Positions 38,047-47,820 of a stretch of 47,820 bases of DNA are shown here, in pieces. A program made the translations under genes and the position numbers. This DNA comes from Octopus bimaculoides (taxonomy: Eukaryota). Position 1 is the first letter of the stretch. Each line of letters opens with the position of its first letter. The DNA lies in NCBI RefSeq assembly GCF_001194135.2, contig NC_068983.1, positions 148,055,647 to 148,103,466 of the forward strand. Direction: 5' to 3'. Under the pieces are notes generated by a model that was given only the letters and a program-made list of their open reading frames with translations, had not been told where the DNA came from and did no database searches.

Positions 38047-38260
38047 TATATNNNNNNNNNNNNNNNNNNNNTACACACATATATGTATGTATGTGTGTGT
38101 GTGTGCGTGTGTTTGTGGGGAGGTGTTTGTATGTATATACACACATACGAATACACAAATATACATATGTATGTAGATATGTATATGTGTGTGTATGTAT
38201 GTGTCTGTGTACGTAGACACACACACACATACATACATATATACATATATNNNNNNNNNN

Positions 38261-38305
<45 letters not shown>

Positions 38306-38486
38306 TTGCAATAAATTTAGTAAATGATTTGATTCCCCGGAACTAACACCAATCACTAGTGGGTGATCAGATACTGGGAGCTATAGTTTACATGAGGTTC
38401 GCAAGAAATCTAGCATACTAAATGGCAAAACTACAAACAGAAAACCGCTAACTAACAAAACTCCGGTGATCACCTGCAAATCATAC

Positions 38487-38522
<36 letters not shown>

Positions 38523-38939
38523 GAGAGAGAGAGAGAAACTCCAGTCAGAGGTTCTGGAGTTGAGAGAAGCACTGAGTCACCCTATAATACCATCACGTCT
38601 ATGTCCGTTCTGAGTCGGAACGGCAGTGCCTGACATGGTCACATTTATGTGTCAGTTAGATTTCCCAGGAGGCCCAGTTATTTCTGACACAGCCGTGCGA
38701 AATGTAGCTTTTCGTGAAGAAGCATACTTTGACACAAAACTTGCAATCAAATTAGTACCAGTTATCTTGCAATGCTTGTCACAGGAACCTAATACGTACG
38801 GCGACACCGATAGATTGACAAAAGTGTTGTACAAGTTGTTTTCATTTAAAATTATGTCATACACATATGTTTAGCTACCAATTCATTTCGTGATTGTCCA
38901 TTGGCGATGAATGCGTGGAGACGGGTTGCAAAAACTCAC

Positions 38940-39004
38940 ATCCGCGCTCATGCAAGGACGAAAGCAATTCAGAGAAATCGGACTGAGTGTGAGACAGTTA
39001 TCAT
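38940..39004 (-). CDS. Candidate 65-nt exon (phase 1-0)
   Basis: Acceptor ctcatcttgtcag and consensus donor GAT|gtgagt. The single open frame reads DNCLTLSPISLNCFRPCMSAD. Confidence 0.4.
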
Positions 39005-39089
39005 CTGACAAGATGAGGTAATCATCATTATCGTCAATATATACACACACAAATATAAATATCTATCTATCTATCTATCTATCTATTTA

Positions 39090-39167
<78 letters not shown>

Positions 39168-39204
39168 AATATGTACACAAACGTATACAAACAAACAAAC
39201 ATAC

Positions 39205-39235
<31 letters not shown>

Positions 39236-39893
39236 CAAATTTACACACACTCACACACATATATGCACACGCACCTACGCAGACACATATACATATAGAG
39301 CAGTTTAAGATTACGGTAATGTTCGCGTCGTGTGCATCTATATGTATGATCTCCTCTCTGCTAACGCTTGTGTGCACCAATACCTGTGCTTTTAAAATTA
39401 TATATATTAATCAAATAGTGAGTGTCAAATGTTATTTACACGCATTAGTCATCCAAGGAAAAACATTAACGAAACATTTTTGCTAACAATCCCGAGGAAG
39501 CATTAATCCCCATGACTGAAATGAGCAAAATGTTTGTACAATAAACAAAATATTTTGGTTCTCTTTCATTCAAATGCTTAATAATATTCATCAGAGAGAT
39601 ATTAAGGCTTTTATCATAAGGTGACATGTCTTAAATTTACCTTCTATGACATTAAAATAATGAAAAGGATTATTAAGAAATATACAATGAATCGGGGTAT
39701 CTGCTGATTGTTGATTCCAAAATAAGAATAGTAATTCCTTGCTAAAATTATTACATACACCCTGATATCAGCCTATACATGTGCAGCACTAACTACGAAA
39801 TTTTAAATTCGTAATGCGTTTTTAATCTAATCCCGTCAAAAAAGATTATCTCCTTTGTAACAACTATTCGCTATTGAACAACACACACGCGCG

Positions 39894-39940
<47 letters not shown>

Positions 39941-40124
39941 ACCCATGCATGCTCGTAAGCTGCAAATATCGTTTTGTTACTTTTGTACATCTTAGTGTAC
40001 ATGAGTTGTTGGACAGGCACTGAGCTTTGTTTTGTATCAGATCTGTTCACCGGTGCACTGATCATCATCCATGCTGGTATTTTACTTTTCAAGCCTTTTG
40101 CATAAGAGTAATAGACAATATGTG

Positions 40125-40330
40125 TGTATTGGTCTCTTTACTTGTTTGAGTCATTTGACTACGGCCATGCTGGAGCACCGACTTTAGTCGGACAAATGGA
40201 CCCCAAGACTTATTCTTTGTAAGCCTAGTACTTATTCTATCGGTACTTTTGCCGAACCGCTAAGTTACGGGGACGTTAACACACCAGCATCTGTTGTCAA
40301 GCGATGTTGGGGGGTGGAGACAAACACAGA
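40125..40330 (+). mobile_element. Short interspersed repeat (SINE-like, family 3)
   Basis: CATTTGACTACGGCCATGCTGGAGCACC...GCCGAACCGCTAAGTTACGGGGACG, ending in a CA-rich tail. Recognised by pattern only. Confidence 0.55.
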
Positions 40331-40384
40331 CACACAAACATAAACACACACACACACACAAACACACACATATATATATATACA

Positions 40385-40552
40385 TATCTACGACTGGCTT
40401 TTTCGGTTTCCCGTCTACCAAATCAACTCACAAGACTTTGGTCAACTCGAGGCGATAGTAGAAGACACTTGCCGAAGGTCCCACGCAGTGGGACTGAACC
40501 CGGAACAATGTAGTTGGTAAGCAAGCTACTTAGCACACGGCCACGCCTGCGC
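40385..40552 (-). mobile_element. tRNA-type SINE, family 2
   Basis: Minus strand GTGGCCGTGTGCTAAG (A-box-like) and GGGTTCAGTCCC (B-box-like), ending at a (TA/CA) microsatellite. Confidence 0.75.
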
Positions 40553-40556
40553 AGAG

Positions 40557-41160
40557 TTCCGGCCATGCTGCGGCATTGCCGTTTTGCTCCACTGTTATTA
40601 TTGAGAGCCTCCTCTCATATATGGTATTTGGTGGATAAGGGAGTTTGATGTCACTACACTTATTTGCACGTCTTGCCATGAGGTAGGTTCATCTGGGACT
40701 CTCCACATGAAGACGTCCAGTTTTGATTTGAAATCACTTACATCCACTTTGTGTGGGTCCCTCAGGCTCTTTGAAACTGGTCCTGAAGCACAATGGCATT
40801 GTTGGGATCTTTGACACTGTACAGTGTCGACCCTTCTGGCATTGGTGTAGCTTTCAATGCTAAATTTCGGCACAGTTCCTTCCATGGTCTTCCAGATGTA
40901 CATTACAGCATACTTCGCGTGCCCGCTCTCCAGGTAGTAGAATCTTAGCTGTTTCAAACTTTCCTAGTAGCTGAGCTGTTGCAACGAGACGATCTTCTTT
41001 GTGAAGCTTTGCTGGATTGCTTGAAGGTCCGCTATTAATTTTAAACTATTGGGTCACCATAGCTGGGAGCAGTAGTCCAGGCGGCTGAGGACCATCATGG
41101 TTTCCTTCTCCCTGGTTCTGTTCGTTCTCAGGATACAGCCAGCCAGTCTCTGCACTACTG
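40557..41160 (-). mobile_element. CR1-like LINE, RT C-terminal region and 3' end
   Basis: MVLSRLDYCSQLW*PNS...LKQLRFYYLE...VMYIWKTMEGTVP...FKSKLDVFMWRVPDEP. Confidence 0.85.
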
Positions 41161-41448
41161 ATATATGACTACTTATATATATATATANNNNNNNNNNNNN
41201 NNNNNNNNNNNNNNNNNNNNNNNNNNNNNNNNNNNNNNNNNNNNNNNNNNNNNNNNNNNNNNNNNNNNNNNNNNNNNNNNNNNNNNNNNNNNNNNNNNNN
41301 NNNNNNNNNNNNNNNNNNNNNNNNNNNNNNNNNNNNNNNNNNNNNNNNNNNNNNNNNNNNNNNNNNNNNNNNNNNNNNNNNNNNNNNNNNNNNNNNNNNN
41401 NNNNNNNNNNNNNNNNNNNNNNNNNNNNNNNNNNNNNNNNNNNNNNNN

Positions 41449-41483
<35 letters not shown>

Positions 41484-42469
41484 TCACACACATACACACA
41501 TATATGTACACACACACACCTATTTATATATGTTACATCTCTAACAAGCTCAACTATTTATTATATAAAGACAGCTCTTTCGCTTGATTGATAAATATCT
41601 AATAGTGTTTGATTGAATCTATAAAGTTTTAATAGTTTTAAACCATAAAAGGAAGAAATTACGATTGAAAAATCTCATTTACAATCCTTCATAAATTGTA
41701 ATTAATTTTCCCTCAAGTTATAAATATAGTGTGTAGCTAAAATATGTAGCTATTTATATGATTTATTTTCAGAATTTCACGAAAATGTCCTTATTTACAT
41801 GCAATATTTGCTGCTTATTTCATAAAATCACACTGAGTGTTGTTCACACTGTTCCTTGCCAATGTACCTCGCTGTATGCGCTAAAAAACTATAACATTGT
41901 TATATAATACAATATAACACATTATATTATATCATGTTATATAATAAATTTGAGATAATATAATGATTATAATATAATATAATATAAGATATAAAATAAT
42001 CCATATTATATCATATAATATTGTATTATATCATATTATATTATATTACATATTATAAACAGTAGTAGGAAGTATATATTTGAAGCTGCCTCTCTAAAAT
42101 CCGCAGCAAAAACTTGATAAAGAAAGCGGAACCGTAAATCCCCGTTGCGGAATGAATAAGAGGGTTTAATAGTATAGAATAAAAGAAAGATTAATATAAT
42201 AACGAGTAATGCAAATTCAGTATGGTACAATGATTAGCACGTTTGAACTAATGCTAAACTATACTCATAGGATTTGATTCTAGTCAATTGCTTTAGTCTT
42301 TTCGGGTAGTCGTATGAAGGTATCTCGAAATATATAAGCCTGATTCTAAGAATAACTACTAATACTTGTATATATATTAATCTATACTCACAAGCATACT
42401 CTCAGGCATACATATACATGATGATAAGTTTAAACACACATTAGATATTAGTAAGTGTCCTAAATATAG

Positions 42470-42517
<48 letters not shown>

Positions 42518-42665
42518 NNNNNNNNNNNNNNNNNNNNNNNNNNNNNNNNNNNNNNNNNNNNNNNNNNNNNNNNNNNNNNNNNNNNNNNNNNNNNNNNNNN
42601 NNNNNNNNNNNNNNNNNNNNNNNNNNNNNNNNNNNNNNNNNNNNNNNNNNNNNNNNNNNNNNNNN

Positions 42666-42719
<54 letters not shown>

Positions 42720-43144
42720 TATATGTATGTGTAAAGATTTTGAATTAGATTCGTCCTTTAATTTGGAGGTTTCCAAAAAAAGATTTATAATATAGATTCT
42801 TCATATTTTACTGGTAGGTTACAGGTGTATATGAAAATAATACTTGTATATTGTGTGTTGTGAATATATGGAAAGAAATCCCATAAAACTCAACAATTTT
42901 GATAAAAATGGAGAAGAAAAGGTGTTAAAATATATAAGAGAATTTTAATTCATGCAGACGATCGTTTCGTACAGCGATATAAAAAAATCATGCAAATTCA
43001 TGGCTGAATACAATTAATTAAATTAATTACATTAAATTAAATTAATCATATATCACTGTACTCTTCAGTGCAAGAAATATCAACTTTTTTTTTTTACAAA
43101 GGACTTGAGAAAGGAAAGACTAGAATAGGATCTAGGAATTTTTC

Positions 43145-43261
43145 ATTTATCTTTATGCGAAAGGATGATGTGTGAGTCCAGTTAGGTATTGACTAAAACT
43201 ATTCGTTTTAGTTAATACCTAACTGGACTCACACATATCTTTTTTCCTCATAAGGATAAAT
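43145..43261. repeat. Long inverted repeat (hairpin)
   Basis: 43168-43199 and 43205-43236 are reverse complements with one G.T position and a 5-nt loop; pairing extends imperfectly to about 55 bp. Confidence 0.95.
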
Positions 43262-44117
43262 ATGAATCTGCCGACATTGGCACCAAGGGTAGTGGGACAA
43301 TAATCTTGGGAGAATTGAACTCTGTGAGTTGGTTATAATGTAGCTTTAGAGCCTGGGAACAAATTAGATTCTAAGAAGTGAACAGAAAAGTGCTTAAGTG
43401 GCCATGCTGCAATGCCACCGAAATCCTTATAGTAACACTGTTAAAAGCAGATAGATTGTTAGAGAGAGAGAGACAATGGGAGAGCATACTTGTATATCAT
43501 CAGCTGGAGTATATAAGTGAGTGATCTTATGCCCAATCATCTGAATAGGATTCCTCTGGATGTAATCTCGGGTGTCTGAGTAACAGCAAAACCATAATAA
43601 ATGTCAAAGTAACACTCCATTTTGGGCCTCACTTGAATTTTGTTGCATGTCAGTAATTGCGAGGGTAGGAACACTTTATTTTCCCGAAAAGAAGAGCCAC
43701 TCCCTGGCAAGTGGCCTCAGCTATGTTTAGTATATTGTGCTATCAAACGTGATACTCGGCTTTCCAATTTGAGAGATCTTAGTGGCCTTAGTTGAACACT
43801 ACCCAAGTTTATAGAAGCAAGTGCTACGAAGATAATCTCTTGGTATTTGTAGATCTTATATCTTTATTACTTAAAAACACAACTTGCGAGTCCGTTTGAT
43901 GTTCAATTGTTTAAATGCTCGTACGAAACCTCAACTCAGAGTTTAGCACTCGAAGTTATAACATAGATGTTATGTGATGAGTAACTTTTGACAGCATTTT
44001 CAGCGATTCCTGTACTTTACTTCAAAGAAAGTTACAAGTAGAGAATTAGTTTCGAGGGATTGAAGTATACGTAAATGCACTTCATTATTCGTATATCTTA
44101 ATACAAATATAAACGCC

Positions 44118-44173
<56 letters not shown>

Positions 44174-45571
44174 NNNNNNNNNNNNNNNNNNNNNNNNNNN
44201 NNNNNNNNNNNNNNNNNNNNNNNNNNNNNNNNNNNNNNNNNNNNNNNNNNNNNNNNNNNNNNNNNNNNNNNATATATATATATATATATATATATATACT
44301 TATATATAGTATGTAAAACTCAATCTTTTTGTAATGCTTCATTATTCGCAATAATAATTTTTTGTATAAAACTCGGACTTCAGTACAGAAAACCCATTAT
44401 TTACAAAGAAATTGATAGACGTAAACAGTCTAAAATTTCTTCGAAAATTATTTTCATAGTAGAAAGTAAAATCTTAAATTTTTTTCGAGTTGTATTATGA
44501 ATATTTTTCAAACTGCAAACCAATTATGTTTCAATAAAAGTACTTCATTAAACTTGCTGCATGTGTCTTCACAAAACATCTAAACATAACGCAACAAGTG
44601 TCCGTTTCAAGTAATAAATAAATAAACAATTAAATTCACTAAAGAAAATTCGTCATTCCTTTGTTTGGTATATTATTCACATTGAATGCTGCTGAATTTT
44701 TGTTGTTTATATTCTCTGTAAATGCAGCTATCTTGTTTTGTCACTTCCTAACGACAGAAATGGAAAGAAAATTGTGCCATATTTTGATAAGAGATAATAT
44801 TGCAGCATATCAAAAACAAAACAATGATTACCTCACGTAGTCGGATGGAAAAATTTATTAAATATAGTTTCGACATCGATATATTTTCTTTTGTTGTCTA
44901 AAATGTTTTTAGTTTTTACTAGTGAAATACAAAATTTATACATATTTTGAAAACGTTCATCTCGATTTCTCTTGAGTATGCATAATTGGTTCATTTCTCT
45001 AATTACAAAAAAGAAAAAAAAGAAAAAAAAGGAAAAGCAAAAAAAAAAAAAAAGAAAATCAATTTCAATTGCAAGAACTAACTAGCAGGGCTAACCCTCT
45101 AAGAATGGAGCATTTTGTCTTCTGAAACATTATACTAATTATCGTCTTCTTACGAATCAGTTTCTATGAAACAGGATGTCAATATTATTATGATGATAAT
45201 TATGACAATTAATACAGAATTGTTATTGATGGCAGTGCCCCAGCATGACCACATCCCGCAGGTAGAGAATAGAAAAAGAGTAAAAGACTACACCTTGGTA
45301 GATTTGTATTAATATAATGATAATAATAATGTTTAGTAGTAGTTCTGTTTTAGATATATTATATTATACAGATGAATGCAACAATAAAGAATAAAGAATA
45401 ATTTTGAATATTAATACATTTCACGAAACATTTATTCGGCATTTATCCTGTGTCCCTCCTGCTGCTCTAAATATCCTAACATTTTTACACTTAAATTTTT
45501 TCTTATTACCTATTGTGATTCTGACAGCCTTGATGCTTTGTGCGGTCACACACAAATACATACATACATGC

Positions 45572-45603
<32 letters not shown>

Positions 45604-45906
45604 GTATGTATTGATGTATCATGGAAGAAACCATTATGCAGTCGCAATCTAACAACTAAGCTCCGGAGATTCATGTGTTTACCAAAATTTTGAATTCCTT
45701 TTCACTAGAACAAGGTTGATCGATCACATCATTGCATCCAATGTTCAAATTATATTTAGCATTAAAATTACAAACGGATTAGTCTTTTGTCTAAATTGTA
45801 TACGATTTCTATGACCATACATTTTGTTTATGACATTTCAATGAATCTATGTTTAATGTCAGTAACTCATCAGTATGACTCTGACTCCATATATCGAATT
45901 CAATAC

Positions 45907-46021
45907 CTGACTGTGAAGAGTGGTGTCTAAAGAACACAGAACATTTTGGCGATCGTTTTACTGATCTTCCATTAACTGGGCTCATTAACTTATGAATATA
46001 AGTAAAATCCACATTGTCTTG
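45907..46021 (-). CDS. Candidate 115-nt exon (phase 0-1)
   Basis: Acceptor cctatattttacag, donor CAG|gtattg. The single open frame reads QDNVDFTYIHKLMSPVNGRSVKRSPKCSVFFRHHSSQS. Confidence 0.45.
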
Positions 46022-47820
46022 CTGTAAAATATAGGAGTTTTTCACAAATATTTGTCGCACTTTATACGATAAGTCCGTTATATATTCCACGAGTTTATTG
46101 CCTCCACTATTCAACCGAAAACGTTGCCTTCGCTTAGTTAATATAGAGTTACTACTAATAAAATAACTGTATTATTAATCTACCAAATACTTGGGAAATA
46201 TTTACGGAGGAAAATTAAATGGATCGCTATACAGCACAATTACAAAACAGTTCACATAGTTTATGAAAACATTCTGAAGTATTTGTTAAATATGGTACAG
46301 AGCGTTTCATTTAGTTATATATTGCACTAACACTAGAGCTTATACTTCTCTTATGTCACACCTGAGAAAGAAGTTGCAGTTTCATTGTTTAATGGCAAGT
46401 GTTCTCAGTTTGTTAAAGGATTAGCCATAAGTTATATAATATATATGTAAGAAAGAACGATGGAGAAATGATACACGTACGTTTGTCAGGAATATATATC
46501 ATTGGAGGTTTTACAGATTATTGAAATTTATCATACATTTCTTTATTTCGCTTTGATTTTGGATTTAAATGCATTTTCTGTTATCCATATGGTGTTATAG
46601 CAATTTGATAATTGTTTGTTCCAAGAAAGAGTGAGAGTGAGTAAGAGAGAGAGAGAGAGAGCGGTAAATAAAGTGAAATGGTACCATATTTTATTTGTAG
46701 TAACCTTTAGAGAATAGTTTCAATTGGATGTCTTTTAAGCTGATTGGTTTCTATGCAAAAATATAATTACTTGAGATACACAGATGTACGTACACCCATG
46801 ATGTATGAGTAAATTGTAGTTAACGTTTCAAAACAACAACAAAAACAACAACAGCAACAACAAAACAAACAACAAAAACAGGTTATCTCCAGTTATATTG
46901 AAATGAGTCAATGCAAATGGGGTGAAAAGAAGTGTAAAAAGTACATATGTCTAGGCACAAACATTAACCTGTCTGTTCACTTACTGCAGTCATGTTAAGT
47001 GTAATGCACTTGTGATGTTTTTTCCTTTTTTTTTTCATTGTATGTTGCTTTATTTATACAACAATAATGACATTTGAGTAATATGTACATCTATAATAGT
47101 AAAATAAAATTTTTTAAAATGTGGGGAAGGGAAAAGAGACAGTCGGAGTGAAATTATGGTGAAAATAACTGCTCTCTATAATTGAGACATCAACCTATTT
47201 TATGCAAGTATTTCAAGTATTATATTAACGTTTGATGATGAGTATATCCTCCATGTTGCTTTACTTAAAAGCATTCATTGACAGATAAGAATTTCAAATA
47301 GGAAATTGCAGTAGAGTGTGTTGAACCAATCAATTAGTAATGAAATAAGATTGAGTAACAGTAATTGGTGCAGTGGTATAATAACATTGTTAATGACTGA
47401 TGTTAGAAACTTTGATAAAAGTTGATGATAAATAAATCGAATTAATATTAATTACAATAAGAGCAATAATATTAATATAGAAGTATTAAAAAAAAAAACA
47501 GCAATAAGAATTCTGATCAACCTGGCATTTTAATTTTTTTACTTGTATGTTGTATGTTTTTTGTTGCATTTTTTTTTCGCCTTTTCGAATGAATTAAATG
47601 AAAAAATAGCATACCACAACTACTTGAGAATAATTTTTTTTTTCTTAGAAAATAAGAAGTTGTGTCAGCAAGGTATTATTTATGAAGAAAAACATTTCTT
47701 TACCAAACGTTGACATTTTACTGCATACAACATACATCCTGACATTTTTGCGATTCGGAATTTATTTTGTATTATAGATGTAAATGTGCATCTTATTGTT
47801 ATTTCATATATATATATATA

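Noticed and set aside
41880-42060. Very AT-rich stretch with apparent inverted symmetry
   Set aside because: Self-complementarity is expected from (TAA/TA) low complexity.
43280-43860. Possible LINE APE endonuclease remnant (IILGELN on plus, DHSLI on minus)
   Set aside because: The motifs fall on opposite strands and could not be built into one consistent reading.
778-47820. Dozens of ORFs rich in YI, CV, HT, poly-L/Y/E or X
   Set aside because: They are translations of (TA)n, (TG)n, (ATT)n and (GAA)n arrays and of N-gaps that hide stops.
1-47820. CRISPR arrays, rRNA, true tRNA genes, prokaryotic operons
   Set aside because: No repeat-spacer arrays or rRNA-like segments were seen; A/B boxes occur only within dispersed SINEs without a cloverleaf.

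Overview
AT-rich eukaryotic scaffold segment with many N-gaps and dense (TA)n, (CA)n, (AAT)n, (GATA)n and (GAA)n microsatellites. The SINE types and repeat landscape suggest an Octopus (cephalopod) assembly; this is inference from pattern recognition, not a search result. Most listed ORFs are microsatellite or gap artefacts. Recognisable content is mainly decayed transposons: Penelope-like elements (a long RT plus GIY-YIG copy at 19.0-20.8 kb and fragments of a second GIY-YIG lineage at 27.1-28.5 kb), five R4/Dong-like non-LTR fragments, CR1-like and RTE-like LINE ends, Tc1 and DD37D-like transposase fragments, tRNA-type SINEs and a 1 kb foldback. No host gene could be named. There are phase-compatible candidate exons on the minus strand (30.9-46.0 kb), a decayed intronless glycosyltransferase-like ORF at 31.3-33.1 kb and an isolated plus-strand exon candidate near 9.9 kb. 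Most notable: a minimal hammerhead ribozyme motif at a Penelope-like terminus, a head-to-tail stack of three R4/Dong elements each embedded in (AAT)n, a near-perfect 32-bp hairpin, and the foldback with alternative pairing partners.
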